Shown: positions 38,426 to 54,640, counted from the first letter of the stretch. The stretch is 64,000 nt of DNA from Eledone cirrhosa (GCA_964016885.1 OZ024743.1:254448001-254512000), one strand, 5' to 3'. A program made the numbers and translations. Notes: generated by a model not told the origin, from the sequence alone.

Positions 38426-38560
38426 GTATATATATGTATATATATATATGTATATATATGAATATATATGTATATATATGTATATATATGTATATATATA
38501 TATGTATATATATGTATATATATGGCATAGACATATGTATATATATGGCATAGACATATG

Positions 38561-38716
<156 letters not shown>

Positions 38717-38736
38717 CATATATATATATATATGTA

Positions 38737-38785
<49 letters not shown>

Positions 38786-38810
38786 GTATATATATGTATA
38801 TATATGTATA

Positions 38811-38871
<61 letters not shown>

Positions 38872-38876
38872 GTATA

Positions 38877-38935
<59 letters not shown>

Positions 38936-38985
38936 GTATATATATGTATATATATATATGTATATATATGTATATATATGGCATA

Positions 38986-39736
38986 GACATCATCGATGAT
39001 GCATCTTTTTCTTCACACATCATGAAAGTGGCGACAATGTTCAGATGACTCGCTGGCTGGATCTTGAGGACTTTCCGGACAAGAGATCGAGACACCATGT
39101 TGACATTGTGGAGGACTTTTGTCCTAAGCCCCCTGGACTACTGCTCCCAGTTGTGGTCACCCCATAGTGTCAAACTAACTACGGAGCTTGAGGCAATCCA
39201 ACGAAGCTACACCAAGAGGATTGCCAAGATGAGTGAGACAAGCTACTGGGAGAGGCTAAAGGAACTGAACCTCTACTCCTTGGAGCGAAGACGGGAGAGA
39301 TACGCAGTGATCTACATGTAAAAAATCCTGGAGGGACTAGCAGCAAACTTTGGCATTGGGATCTGGACCAACCGTCGAACAGGACGTCACTGTGTGGTGC
39401 CAAAGATCCCGTCTTCCACATCTAGAATAAGAAGCAGGTATTGCAATAGTCTGGGATTCAAGGGCCCTCAACTCATCAACAGGCTGCCGAGGGATCTGAG
39501 AGACTTGCATGACGTGGTGGTGGATGTCTTTAAGAAACATCTCGACACCTTGTTATCCAGGATCCCGGATGAGCTCACAGCAAGACACGAGGGAAGCCTA
39601 AGGGCAGCAGCAACAAACTCCGTCTTACACCAGTGGCCAACCTATACAGGCTGGAGATAAAATGTGTAGCAACAAGGGCGGTGCCCCAGCATGGCCTCAG
39701 CCGGATGGCTGAGACAGGTAAAAGAGTAAAAGAGTA
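38986..39736 (+). pseudogene. CR1/L2-group LINE 3' fragment
   Basis: [42 protein letters not shown], with two in-frame stops; GTAAAAGA tandem tail. Confidence 0.85.
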
Positions 39737-39768
39737 TATATATATGTATATATATATATATATGTATA

Positions 39769-39839
<71 letters not shown>

Positions 39840-39850
39840 TTATATATATG

Positions 39851-39888
<38 letters not shown>

Positions 39889-39912
39889 TATGTATATGTA
39901 TATATCTATCTA

Positions 39913-40085
39913 TCTAAGGCGGGTACAATTCCCGAGATCCATGGACGAGTTCTTTCCAGCGGTCTCTGTCCCTCATTATCGCTGCCATATCCTGCATCTC
40001 CAACAGACCAGTGTCTGTCCTTAGGACATCAACATATGTTAACCTTGGTCTTCCTCTTCTAATGTGTCCATGTAGGGGCTCCCAT
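39913..40085 (-). pseudogene. RTE-type LINE extreme 3' fragment
   Basis: [33 protein letters not shown]. Confidence 0.75.
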
Positions 40086-40186
40086 GTATATATGTATGTA
40101 TATATACATGTATGTATATATACATGTATGTATATATACATGTATGTATATATACATGTATGTATATATACATGTATGTATATATA

Positions 40187-40217
<31 letters not shown>

Positions 40218-40399
40218 GTATGTATACATGTATGTATATATACATGTGTATATACATACATATATATTCATGTATGTATATATACATGTATGTATATATA
40301 CATGTATGTATATATACATGTATGTATATATACATGTATATATGTATGTATATATGTATGTATATATATATGTATATATATGTATATATATATATGTAA

Positions 40400-40431
<32 letters not shown>

Positions 40432-40574
40432 GTAAATATATATATATATATGTATATATGTATATATATATGTATATGTATATGTATATATATGTATACG
40501 TATATATATGTGTATATATATATGTATATATATATATGCATATATATGTATATATATATATATGTATATATATG

Positions 40575-40621
<47 letters not shown>

Positions 40622-40622
40622 G

Positions 40623-40654
<32 letters not shown>

Positions 40655-41312
40655 TGTATATATATGTATATATATATATGTATATATATATACGTATATA
40701 TATATATATATATGTATATATATGTATATATATATTTTTTTCCCCGCTGTGACCCGTCTATTTCGTTCTTACTGCTTCCTCTTTCTCTGTATCTTTACCC
40801 TCTCTAACAGTCACTCTCTCTGTTAGCCTCTTCCTCACCCTTCACTCACTCACTCTCTGTTACTACCTCTCCTCCTCGTCCTTCTTCCCGTTTGACCTGT
40901 GCGTAATTCTTTTCTTTCGCACCCTATGTCAGGCAGGTCGCTTTTTTCTCTCTTTCGTCTACGATTTCACAGAACTTGCGTTCACCGAATTCACACACTT
41001 GATCTCTTCTTCCTCCCGTTAGACCTGTACGGAATTCCTTCCTTGCTCGCATTCCAACCAGATTTGATGGTCTTTATTCTCTCTCGTTCACGATTCGACC
41101 GAACTTATATTCATGGAAATTTGGGACTTGACTCCTTCTTCCTCACTTTTCGTTGCTTCACCATCATTGTTTGTTTAGTCACTCGTGTCCCCTTTATTTG
41201 CGTGTCCCAACGACTTTTTTAGCCGTTGCTCGCACCAACCGGAGGTATATAGTCTTTAAAGCGATGAAATACCAATGATGTTTGGAAGATCACTGATGAA
41301 GGACTAACTTTA

Positions 41313-41432
<120 letters not shown>

Positions 41433-41912
41433 AATATATATATATATATGTATATATATGTATATATATGTATATATATGTGTATATATATGTATATATA
41501 TGTATATATATATATGTATATATATATATGTATATATATGTATATATATATGTGTATATATCTATATATATATATGTATATATATGTATATATATGTATA
41601 TATATGTATATATATATGTATATATATATATGTATATATATGTATATATATATATGTATATATATATATGTATATATATGTATATATATATGTGTATATA
41701 TCTATATATATATATGTATATATATGTATATATATGTATATATATGTATATATATATGTATATATATATATGTATATATATGTATATATATATATGTATA
41801 TATATATATGTATATATATATGTATATATATGTATATGTATATATATGTATGTGTATATATATGTATATATATGTATGTATATATATGTATATATATGTA
41901 TGTATATATATG

Positions 41913-41985
<73 letters not shown>

Positions 41986-42068
41986 GTATGTATATGTATG
42001 TATATATATATATATATATGTATATATATGTATATATATATGTATATATATATGTATGTATATATATG

Positions 42069-42114
<46 letters not shown>

Positions 42115-42227
42115 TGTGTATATATGTATATATATATGTATGTATATATATGTATATATATATGTATATATATATATATATGTATGTATATATATGAATA
42201 TATATGTATATATATATATATATGTAT

Positions 42228-42296
<69 letters not shown>

Positions 42297-42302
42297 AATG
42301 TT

Positions 42303-42339
<37 letters not shown>

Positions 42340-42816
42340 GTATATATATATAACAAATTTAAACCAAAACTAAACGGGTTATCACCCCAATAGAATTGTC
42401 ATAAAATATAAACACACATACGCACGGAATCACTACTATTAAAGACCAGAGACCAATTCTGTAGAATCAGGTTTATTCATTGACAGACCATGCCTTTGTG
42501 TGACCAACACATCCATGTTAAACCCTGCACGTGCACACACGTATATCTATATATATATGCGCACACAGAATTATTTTAATTTCACTGCCCCAACTTCTTA
42601 TATTATGGAAAAAATATATGTGTCTGTATGTATATATATATATATATATTTGAAGGCCATTTCTCTGTGTGTGGGTGTATGTGTGTGTGTGTGTGTGTGA
42701 GTATGTGTGTGCATGTGGATGTATGTATTGTGTGTGCGTGTGTGTGTGTGTGTGTGTATGTATGTGGGTATCTGGATGTATGCGTATGTGTATATATATA
42801 TATATATATATATGCA

Positions 42817-42850
<34 letters not shown>

Positions 42851-42947
42851 TGTGTGTATGTGTGTATATATATATGTGTGTGTGTGTGTGTGTATGTTTG
42901 TATGTGTGTATGTATATATATATGTGTGTGTGTATGTATGTGTGGGG

Positions 42948-43045
<98 letters not shown>

Positions 43046-43076
43046 GTGTATCTGGATGTATGTGTATGTCTATATA

Positions 43077-43133
<57 letters not shown>

Positions 43134-43431
43134 ATATATATATATATATATATGTATATGTATGTGTGTGTATGTGTGGATGAAGGTATGTGTGTGTATA
43201 TTGCTTCCACCCCCTCACTGACCAGCAGCTGGCTATTGCTAAATCTGACCTTTATAAAATAACCCACACCCCAAATAACTTCTCATTCACTACCAGAAAG
43301 GGACACAGCAGTCAACCTGTTGTTGCTACCTAGATGAAAACTGCTATGAAATCCCACAATGAATTTTATACTTGAATTTTCAAGTCTCAAATTTTAACTC
43401 TTCGTATTATTAATTTTTCTTAATATTAATC

Positions 43432-43479
43432 AACATTTGAAAAGATGGCTTTTGCAGACCCATCGAAACCGGTCATTTT
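43432..43479 (+). ncRNA. Minimal hammerhead family G, U3-A8 core
   Basis: AACAT-TTGAAAA-GATGG cttttgcagac CCATC-GAAA-CCGG-TC-ATTTT; GUC site. Confidence 0.72.
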
Positions 43480-43670
43480 TTATACCCTTTATTATTTCCT
43501 TACCTTATAAAATTATGTTTTTTCACAAAAAAGTATTCTGTCTCTTATATATTCCATGTGCCATTACCAACCTCAATTTTCTCTATAACCTTCGTTTTGT
43601 GTAGAAAATTACACTTTTCATATATATATGTATATATATATGTATATATATATGTATATATATATGTATA

Positions 43671-43717
<47 letters not shown>

Positions 43718-43745
43718 GTATATATATGTATATATATATATATAG

Positions 43746-43784
<39 letters not shown>

Positions 43785-43811
43785 TATGTATATATATAGA
43801 GTGAGAGAGAT

Positions 43812-44725
43812 ATAAAAGACGTAAAATAAGAAAATTTAAAAAAAAAACTTTAAAAAAATTAACTTACTTAAATTTTCACTCAAACTAATTAGTTTCTGCA
43901 ATGGGATAAAGACAGTTACGTAATGAACTGTTGAGAATTTCATTGCGTCATCAGGGAGGTCTATTCTCAGCCAAGTCTCCAGGCAATGTGCGGATACTGG
44001 GGACTCATATAAAAATAATAATAATTCGGTAAATGGAACAGCTATCGAGGACTGGATTCCAGGCACTGAAAATTCTCACTGCCACTGATCAAATGGCCGA
44101 TTCTAAAGAATCAATCACGTGACACAGAGGCTAGTCAGTAGGAATGGGATGGTAAGATGACAGACGCCTACTAACACCCCCCAAAAAATTTAGAAGTGGT
44201 TTTGGCAGGTTTGCTCGACAAATCAGTGATTTGGAGATAAATATAGATTAGTAGGCGTCTGTCTTCTTACCATCCCATTCCTACTGACTAGCCTCTGTGC
44301 CACGTGATTGATTCTTTAGAATCGGCCATTTGATCAGTGGCAGTGAGAATTTTCAGTGCCTGGAATCCAGTCCTGGATAGCTGTTCCATTTACCGAATTA
44401 TTATTATTTTTATATGAGTCCCCAGTGTCCGCGCATTGCCTGGAGACTTGGCTGAGATTAGACCTCCCTGATGACGCAATGAAATTCTCAACAGTTCATT
44501 ACGTAACTGTCTTCATCCCATTGCAGAAACTAATTAGTTGCAGTGAAAATTTAAGTAAGTTAATTTTTTTTTTATTTTTAAAAAAAATTTTCTTATTTTA
44601 CGTCTTTTATATTATTGTTCTGCATCCTCCTGCATTGAACCACCTAGGTACTATGACATAACCTGTGTATTTGCTGGATTTGCGTGCATCTGTGCGCTTA
44701 TGTTAGTAGATATATTAAATTATCT
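43812..44725. mobile_element. Family D fold-back (HHRs 43878-43960 - strand; 44462-44544 + strand)
   Basis: 43812-44175 is inverted at 44248-44610. CTGATGA-cGCAATG..CATTGCa-GAAA-CTAATTAG-TT. Confidence 0.85.
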
Positions 44726-44754
44726 ATATATATATAGATATGTAAATATATATC

Positions 44755-44785
<31 letters not shown>

Positions 44786-45000
44786 ATGTATATATATATA
44801 TGTGTATATATATATATATGTATATATATATGTATATATATGTATATATATGTATATATATGTGTATATATATGTATATATATATATGTATATATATGTA
44901 TATATATGTATATATATGTATATATATATATGTATATATATTTATATATATATGTATATATATGTATATATATGTATATATATGTATATATATAATTATG

Positions 45001-45031
<31 letters not shown>

Positions 45032-45059
45032 GTATATATATATATGTATATATATATAC

Positions 45060-45110
<51 letters not shown>

Positions 45111-45123
45111 CATATATATATAT

Positions 45124-45163
<40 letters not shown>

Positions 45164-45264
45164 GTATATATATATGTATATGTATATATATATGTATATA
45201 TATGTATGTATATATATGTATATCTATATCTATGTATATATATATATATATATGTATATATATA

Positions 45265-47283
45265 GAATTAGTAAATTTGTATTCCAATGTTACTAAGTAG
45301 TTGCATTGGATGGAGTCAACCGACGTCAGAGATTGCTCAACGTATAATAAAGTGTGTTTTAAAATCCGGAGAAAATATGGAGAAGAAGTTTATGAAATGG
45401 AAATGCTGATATACAGAATTTATTAGGTAACAATTGTTTCTATAGTGTATGGGTTACCTATACCTCGCTATTTGAATAATATAAAAATATTATCATAAAC
45501 CGAAGGTACACTGTAAGCAAACACACCATGTCGTCAGACGTTTGTATTGGAATGATATGAAAATATTTTATACACTAGATAAAAGATAAAGAAGGAGGTA
45601 GGAAGAGAAGGGGCAGAGGGAAGTGAGTAAGGTGGAGGGAGTCTTAGGATTTAAGACTGTCAGACTAGTAGAGATTGTAAGGAGAGAATGTTTTGGCAGC
45701 AGTTAGCTTAATGAGGCGTGTTAGGGTTGGCGGGGGAAGTAAATTCTTCTAGTGGTGTTGTTCGGACAAAATTTAGTTAAAGGGATCAAAGTGGTACAGT
45801 GTCACAGACAAGTTATTGGGGCTATTATAGTAGCAGGTTATTTCTAAAGGGGTCCAGAAAACAGTGTTTAGTACTATTATTATAGAAAGCCATATTTTGT
45901 GTATAAATATATAAAACAGAAATTTGCAAACGGTGTTGTAAAAAGGTAACATTATATGCATTTAAAAAAAGAAAAAGTCGTTTTCAAACGATGGTTACAG
46001 TATAGAGAACGTTCAATTTTGCTGTTCAAAAGTTTGTTTACCGACGTTAAAATGCAGTATATCTCCAAATTGCATAACTTGCAGAATCGATGATTTTGCT
46101 TATATGCATGCGCAGCTGCAATAATTTGCCAATCAAGGGAGAATGCTTGATTGTTCCTCCGGAGCTGCCAGGCTTTATCGGCGAGGGTTGTTACGGAGCG
46201 CATTTTCTCGTGCCTGATCGAAGATCGATGTTGGTATAGGCGAGCCTTGAAAGAAGTTGCGGTACATCCGACGTAATACCATTTGTTGGTCCCGGAATTT
46301 ATTGTACATCGGTAGACAATATTGCGTGCTAGGCACTGGTTATTCAGTGGGCACGTACCTGGTTTGGTGCAGTTACAATTATTTTTATGTTTTGCAGTAG
46401 AATCCTGGATAGTTTGGTGGGGTTGTAGTTGCGTGTTAGTGCGTTGTATGTTGCTATGCTGGTGCGCTGAGTCATTAGGGATGTACTTATTCAGTATTGC
46501 TGAGTTGAGTTTTTTAATTAGTTGTTCTATGTTAGGTGCAGTGGAGTATGAGAGTCTAATGGTGCGCGAGCTAAAGATTTTATAGTATTTATGTGAAGTT
46601 GTAAAGTGTTTATTGATTAATGTATAGAATTGTGAGATAATCTTAGTGCTAATAGAAGAATTGTACACGGGATTATACCATATGTACTCTCTACGTCTGA
46701 CTCTATTTGCTGGTTTGCACCTATTAGTATGCATATTGATGTGTGTGTGTGGTGCAATACTAGTTCGACTTAGATGTGTTTTATTCATAGTACTTATGTG
46801 GTTATCGTCTAGATATTCTATTTTCTCGCAGTAACCAGCTTTTCTAAGTGCGTCATTATAATATTCAGCATGCTCATTGAAAGTCTGCAAATTAGACGAC
46901 AGTCGGGAGATCCTTATGGATATATTTTTAGGGATAGATTTAATAATGGAATGGGGATGGTTCGATTTTACATTAACGTACTTGAGATTTTCATTATGTT
47001 TGTGAAATGGCTCTATATTACCGTTATTAAGGTTGAAGGTGACATCCAAGAAGTTGACCACCTTAACATTGTGTTCGAATGTAATATTAAGCCCTAGTTC
47101 TAAAAAAAGTTTCATAATGTTTTTACGTCGCCTTTCTAGGTTTTGTTTGTTCATATTCTTGACTAATAGAAGTGTATCGTCGCGGTATATTCCGCCGTGG
47201 AGATCCGTAAATTCGCTCTGGAGTCTATGGGCTATATATATCCCAACCAGATCCGTGACCTCCGCCGAATCATTAGAACCTAT
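45265..47283 (-). mobile_element. Second Naiad-type PLE family (Naiad-2), 5'-truncated; HHR 45425-45541
   Basis: ORF plus 3' region with CTGACGA-cATGGTGTG..TACACTATa-GAAA-CAATTG-TT-ACCT. Confidence 0.88.
45952..47280 (-). CDS. PLE RT (partial) + GIY-YIG
   Basis: The frame extends upstream of the track start: [20 protein letters not shown]; then VNFLDV, SNHP, WYNP, CNC..CPL..CL..NIVY, YVGCT, CKLCNLE. Confidence 0.88.
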   Translation of the reverse strand, partial: GSNDSAEVTDLVGIYIAHRLQSEFTDLHGGIYRDDTLLLVKNMNKQNLERRRKNIMKLFLELGLNITFEHNVKVVNFLDVTFNLNNGNIEPFHKHNENLKYVNVKSNHPHSIIKSIPKNISIRISRLSSNLQTFNEHAEYYNDALRKAGYCEKIEYLDDNHISTMNKTHLSRTSIAPHTHINMHTNRCKPANRVRRREYIWYNPVYNSSISTKIISQFYTLINKHFTTSHKYYKIFSSRTIRLSYSTAPNIEQLIKKLNSAILNKYIPNDSAHQHSNIQRTNTQLQPHQTIQDSTAKHKNNCNCTKPGTCPLNNQCLARNIVYRCTINSGTNKWYYVGCTATSFKARLYQHRSSIRHEKMRSVTTLADKAWQLRRNNQAFSLDWQIIAAAHAYKQNHRFCKLCNLEIYCILTSVNKLLNSKIERSLYCNHRLKTTFSFFKCI

Positions 47284-47370
47284 GTATATATATGTATATA
47301 TATGTATATATATATATATATATGTATGTATATATATGTATATCTATGTATATATATATATATGTATACA

Positions 47371-47413
<43 letters not shown>

Positions 47414-47528
47414 ATATATGTATATATATATGTATGTATATATATGTATATATATATATGTATATATATATATATGTATGTATATATATGTATATATATA
47501 TGTATATATATATATATGTGTGTATCTG

Positions 47529-47580
<52 letters not shown>

Positions 47581-47603
47581 TACATGGACATATATATATA
47601 CAT

Positions 47604-47659
<56 letters not shown>

Positions 47660-47660
47660 G

Positions 47661-47812
47661 TTCTATCATACTATTTCATTATAATACCATTATATATATT
47701 TTAAAGGATTGTAAATAAAAAGAGTAAATCAGACAAAGTTGGAATTCCTGTTATTAATATAATCTTCTATACACAATCATACACACCCGTATATATTTAC
47801 CTATCTATATCT
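47661..47812 (+). repeat. Family A 3' fragment
   Basis: Matches 2571-2725. Confidence 0.85.
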
Positions 47813-47832
47813 ATATATATATGTATATATGT

Positions 47833-48902
47833 AGGAGGTGAGTTTTATTGTAGTACAATAAAGCAATGCAGATATCGGATAAGAAGCACTCTACAGTTTG
47901 TGGGACTGGAGTATGCATAATATAAGATCAAAAGATGGTTAAAGGAGTTCCATATATTTTATTATGCGCATTTCAAAAACAAACATCATCAAACAATAAT
48001 ATTTGTGTTTTCATCAGATAAAACAGGAGAACATGATATGAAGGCTAAAAAACACTTGTTGATAGTGCAGTTTTAAATCAACATATGAAAAGTGGTTTTA
48101 GATTGATGTGTGATATTGGGAAAAATATTTTATTTAGAGAGGGGGGGGAGAAAAGGATGAAAAGGGAAGGAGATGAGAGGGAGAGATGGGTGATAGAGAG
48201 AAAGAGATAGTTTTTATAACTGAGAGGAGATATATTTTATATAGAGGGGTTGAAAACCGTTGGAAGATACTGTATAAATTAAAAATTTTGAAAATTAACG
48301 AAGGGAGGATATGTGCGAGGAAAAAATATTTTATTTATGGTTCCCAACCTCTCTATATTAAAACATTATATCTTTTTCTCAGTTATAAAAACTATCTCTT
48401 TCTCTCTATCACCCATCTCTCCCTTTCCACCTTCACTCTCATCTCCTCCCCTTTTTTTCATCCTTTCCACCCCCCCTCCCTAAAAAAAATATTTTTTCCT
48501 CGCACATATCCTCCCTTCGTTAATTTTCAAAATTTTTAATTTATACAGTATCTTCCAACGGTTTTCAACCCCTCTATATAAAATATATCTCCTCTCAGTT
48601 ATAAAAACTATCTCTTTCTCTCTATCACCCATCTCTCCCTCTCTTCTCCTTCCCTTTTCATCCTTTTCTCCCCCCCCTCTCTAAATAAAATATTTTTCCC
48701 AATATCACACATCAATCTAAAACCACTTTTCATATGTTGATTTAAAACTGCACTATCAACAAGTGTTTTTTAGCCTTCATATCATGTTCTCCTGTTTTAT
48801 CTGATGAAAACACAAATATTATTGTTTGATGATGTTTGTTTTTGAAATGCGCATAATAAAATATATGGAACTCCTTTAACCATCTTTTGATCTTATATTA
48901 TA
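47833..48902. mobile_element. Family I non-coding fold-back (arms ~47919-48337 / 48481-48900) with HHRs 47957-48023 (-) and 48795-48861 (+)
   Basis: TTTTAT-CTGATGA-AAACACAAATA..TGTTTGTTTTT-GAAA-TGCGCA-TA-ATAAAA. Internal ~221-bp tandem duplication (48339/48560). Confidence 0.85.
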
Positions 48903-48939
48903 TATGTATATATATATATGTATATATATATACATGGAC

Positions 48940-48983
<44 letters not shown>

Positions 48984-49043
48984 GTATATACATATATATA
49001 TATGTATATATGTATATATATATATGTATATATATATATAGAG

Positions 49044-49084
<41 letters not shown>

Positions 49085-49126
49085 TATGTATATATATATA
49101 TGTATGTATATATATATATATGTATG

Positions 49127-49195
<69 letters not shown>

Positions 49196-49294
49196 GTATA
49201 TACATATACATATATATATATATATGTATATATATATAAATGTATATATATATACATATATATATATATGTATATATATATGTATATATATATG

Positions 49295-49488
<194 letters not shown>

Positions 49489-49552
49489 TATATGTTGATT
49501 TAAAACTGCACTATCCACAAGTGTTTTTTAACCTTCATATCATGTCTTCCTG

Positions 49553-49619
49553 TTTTATCTGATGAAAACACAAATATTATTGCATGATGATATTTGTTTT
49601 TGAAATGCGCATAATAAAA
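49553..49619 (+). ncRNA. Hammerhead family I, third copy (insert 49490-49660)
   Basis: Same core; changes are in or next to the stem II loop. Confidence 0.82.
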
Positions 49620-49662
49620 TACATGTAACTCTTTTAACCATCTTTTGTTCTTATATATTATA

Positions 49663-49716
<54 letters not shown>

Positions 49717-49742
49717 CATACATGTATATATGTATATATATA

Positions 49743-49793
<51 letters not shown>

Positions 49794-49799
<6 letters not shown>

Positions 49800-50823
49800 T
49801 AGAACTGGAGCTCTGAAATAGCAATATATATATGGATGTATATATAATGTATTTTGCAATACACTTTATGCTTAATTAAAAGCATTTTGAAGACCGTAAG
49901 CTATTGTTTTAAAGTAGTGACAAATTCACTCACTTTGATCTCAGCAAACAGGGGAGATAAGCCGACATGACATGTTTCGCTTTGTTTGAAGCTTATCAAG
50001 GCCAACTACCCCACCTGTCTACTGAGATCAATGATGTTATATTCTTATAGAAATCTAGTAAATAATCAGGAACTGATTATGCAGAGCGGTTGTTGGTCAG
50101 GCAGATATTAAAAATTAGAATTGGAGCTCTGAAATAGCAATATATATATATGGATGTATATATAATGTATTTTGCAATACACTTTATGCTTAATTAAAAG
50201 CTCCAATTTCAGAGCTCCAATTCTAATTTTTAATTTCTGCCTGACCAACAACCGCTCTGCATAATCAGCTCCTGATTATTTACTAGATTTCTATAAGAAT
50301 ATAACATCATTGATCTCAGTAGACAGGTGGGGTAGTTGGCCTTGATAAGCTTCAACCAAAGGGAAACATGTTATGTCGGCTTATCTCCCCTGTTTGCTGA
50401 GATCAAAGTGAGTGAATTTGTCACTACTTTAAAACAATAGCTTACGGTCTTCCAAATGCTTTTAATTAAGCATAAAGTGTATTGCAAAATACATTATATA
50501 TACATCCATATATATATTGCTATTTCAGAGCTCCAATTCTAATTTTTAATTTCTGCCTGACCAACAACCGCTCTGCATAATCAGCTCCTGATTATTTACT
50601 AGATTTCTATAAGAATATAACATCATTGATCTCAGTAGACAGGTGCGGTAGTTGGCCTTGATAAGCTTCAAACAAAGCGGAACATGTGATGTCGGCTTAT
50701 CTCCCCTGTTTGCTGAGATCAAAGTGAGTGAATTTGTCACTACTTTAAAACAATAGCTTACGGTCGTCAAAATGCTTTTAATTAAGCATAAAGTGTATTG
50801 CAAAATACATTATATATACATCC

Positions 50824-50826
<3 letters not shown>
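49794..50826. mobile_element. Family J: 316-bp ORF-less tandem unit, ~1.3 copies (-) joined head-to-head to ~2 copies (+); HHRs 49960-50003 (-), 50338-50381 and 50654-50697 (+)
   Basis: Period 316 (49794/50110; 50206/50522). GGCC-TTGATAA-GCTT caaaca AAGC-GAAA-CAT gtc ATG-TC-GGCT. Confidence 0.85.
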
Positions 50827-50858
<32 letters not shown>

Positions 50859-50919
50859 CATATATACGTAATATATATGTATATATATATATATATTTAT
50901 ATGTATATATATATATATG

Positions 50920-50964
<45 letters not shown>

Positions 50965-50981
50965 GTATATATATATATATG

Positions 50982-51026
<45 letters not shown>

Positions 51027-51060
51027 GTATATATGTATGTATATATGTATATGTATATGT

Positions 51061-51091
<31 letters not shown>

Positions 51092-51095
51092 TATG

Positions 51096-51200
<105 letters not shown>

Positions 51201-51207
51201 GTATATA

Positions 51208-51923
51208 GAAAAAGAGATGAAATCGGAAATGCAACTGGAGTTTTATTTTTGTTTTAAAATATATATATTTATCTGGTTCCTTTACCGGTTTCGCAGTTTT
51301 TCTGCTTTTCAAAAGGTGAGTTGAGATGGACGGTCTATGGTTTTTCTCACATCTGGTTGGTCTCTGAGTGTTACTTGTTTTATATTGAAAAAGTGGCTCG
51401 AAATGCCAGGTTTTTAAAGAAGTAATTTGATTGGTTTGTCAATAATATAATACATTTTGCGTCAGTTCACGTTATAATAGTTCTTCAAATAAGAGGGGGG
51501 GGGGGTTGTCACATGTTGTTTTTTCATATATGAGTGTTTGAATTTCTTTTTCCTTGAAAAAAGGGGTTCACGAAGGCTTTTTTTTGTTTGGTTATAAATG
51601 AAATGATGGCTGTCAAGTTTTCATTAAATTTCCGTGCACTTATTTGGAAATCTATTCTGTAGCCTTTTTAGAGAATTTTATGATAAGTGAAAGATAATGG
51701 TCCAGAGAAAGGGATGTGAGAATTGTTCTGGTTCAGTGAATATGGTTAGTTCGCTGGGGTGTCAGAATTAAGATTTTCTATTGAATAAAGAAAGTAAAGA
51801 TATGTATGTTTCTTTGTGTGCTTGTGTGTGTGTGAATGTGTGTGTGCGTGTGTTGTGAAGTGTGTGTTTTAATTTCTTTACTTAAAAAAAGGGTGGCTCA
51901 CGAAGGCAATAAACGCGATTTGA
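51208..51923 (-). mobile_element. Neptune-type PLE 3' terminus, inverted copy; HHR 51279-51316
   Basis: Reverse complement of ~59470-60206. CCTT-TTGAAAA-GCAG aaaaa CTGC-GAAA-CCGG-TA-AAGG. Confidence 0.88.
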
Positions 51924-51941
51924 TATATGTATATATATATA

Positions 51942-51984
<43 letters not shown>

Positions 51985-52037
51985 GTATAGCTATATATTT
52001 GTATATATATATATATATGTATATATATATGTATATG

Positions 52038-52068
<31 letters not shown>

Positions 52069-52199
52069 GTATATATATATGTATATATATATGTATATAT
52101 ATGTATATATATATGTATATATATATGTATATATATGTATATGTATATATATATGTATATATATGTATATATATATATGTATATATATATATGTATATA

Positions 52200-52252
<53 letters not shown>

Positions 52253-52267
52253 GTATGTATATGTATG

Positions 52268-52300
<33 letters not shown>

Positions 52301-52333
52301 GTATATATATATATGTATACATATATATGTTTG

Positions 52334-52406
<73 letters not shown>

Positions 52407-52485
52407 ATGTATATATATATGTATGTATATATATGTATATATATATATGTATATATATATGTATATATATGTATGTATATGTATG

Positions 52486-52534
<49 letters not shown>

Positions 52535-52569
52535 ATAAATGTATATATATATGTATGTATATATATATG

Positions 52570-52600
<31 letters not shown>

Positions 52601-52652
52601 GTATGTATATATATGTGTATATATATATGTATATATATATATGTATATATAT

Positions 52653-52900
52653 ATAGTATTAATTATACTATTTATGGTTATGTAAATACAAAAACCTTTT
52701 GCAGTTATATATTTTTTTTTTATATACAAACCCTAAATAGTGGTAGGCAGTAATATATTACAACCTTATTACCAGTAAGTTAGTAAGTCATATAACTGTC
52801 CATTCATTAATAAATTGCTCCGAAGAATCCAAACCTCGGTTTGGAGGAAACAGTTGTAAGCACAAAAATGTTTTGAACAGTTCTTTGATTCTTATATTTC

Positions 52901-52902
<2 letters not shown>
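52653..52902 (+). mobile_element. Family E shorter copy; CCGAAGA hammerhead 52816-52862
   Basis: Both ends match the reverse complement of 61275-61960. Confidence 0.72.
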
Positions 52903-52934
<32 letters not shown>

Positions 52935-52935
52935 G

Positions 52936-52966
<31 letters not shown>

Positions 52967-52968
52967 GT

Positions 52969-53199
52969 ATTATAAAGAATTAATATATCTAGTAACATAT
53001 ATATACACAGATGCATACTTATGCTAGCAAATACATAGGTTTTGTCTTAGTAACATTGTGGTTCAATGCATGGGGATGCAGAACAATAATATGAGAGACG
53101 TAAAATAAGAAAATTATAAAATTAACTTACTAAAATTCACTCCAACAGTGAATTTTAGTAAGTAAGTTAATTTTATAATTTTCTTATTTTACGTCTCTC
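52969..53199. mobile_element. Family D fragment with fold-back at 53142-53146
   Basis: Matches 18407-18580. AAAATTCACT ccaac AGTGAATTTT hairpin. Confidence 0.8.
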
Positions 53200-53351
53200 G
53201 TATATATATATGTATGTACATATATGTGTATATATATGTATATAAATATATATATATATGTATGTATATATATGTATATATATATAGATATGTATATATA
53301 TGTATATATATATAGAGAGAGAGATATGTAATTATATATATATATAGAGAG

Positions 53352-53385
<34 letters not shown>

Positions 53386-53392
53386 TTATATG

Positions 53393-53442
<50 letters not shown>

Positions 53443-53532
53443 TATATGAATATATATATGTATATATATATGTATATGTATATATATATATGTATATATA
53501 TATATATGTATATATATATATGTATATATATA

Positions 53533-53591
<59 letters not shown>

Positions 53592-53680
53592 GTATATATA
53601 TATGTATATATATATGTATATGTATATATATATATGTATAAATATATATATATATGTATATATATATATATGTATATATA

Positions 53681-53729
<49 letters not shown>

Positions 53730-53882
53730 GTATATATATATGTATATATATATGTATATGTATATATATGTATATATATATATGTATATGTATATATATA
53801 TGTATATATATGTATATATATGTATATATATGTATATATATATGTATATATATATGTATATGTATATATATATATGTATATA

Positions 53883-53930
<48 letters not shown>

Positions 53931-54102
53931 AATGTATATATATATGTATATGTATATATATATATATGTGTATATATATATGTATATATATGTATATATA
54001 TATATATGTATATATATATGTATGTATGTATATATATGTATATATATATATGTATATATATATATGTATCTATATATATATATATACGTATGTATATGTA
54101 TG

Positions 54103-54135
<33 letters not shown>

Positions 54136-54174
54136 GTATATATATATATGTATGTATATATATGCATATATATG

Positions 54175-54205
<31 letters not shown>

Positions 54206-54288
54206 GTATATATATATGTATATATGTATATGTATATATATGTACATATATATATATGTATATATATATATATATGTATGTATATATG

Positions 54289-54319
<31 letters not shown>

Positions 54320-54368
54320 GTGTATATATATATATATATATATGTATGTATATATGTATATATATATG

Positions 54369-54441
<73 letters not shown>

Positions 54442-54468
54442 GTACATATATATATGTATATATATATG

Positions 54469-54509
<41 letters not shown>

Positions 54510-54520
54510 GTACATATATA

Positions 54521-54565
<45 letters not shown>

Positions 54566-54640
54566 GTATATATATATATGTATATAGATGTATATAGATG
54601 TATATATATGTATATATATGTATATAAATTTATATATATG

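Noticed and set aside
51380-51570. TTGAAAA..GAAA and TTGAAAA..GAAG motifs on the + strand
   Set aside because: Antisense to the element, no closing stems, and the first is not conserved in the 60001-60030 copy.
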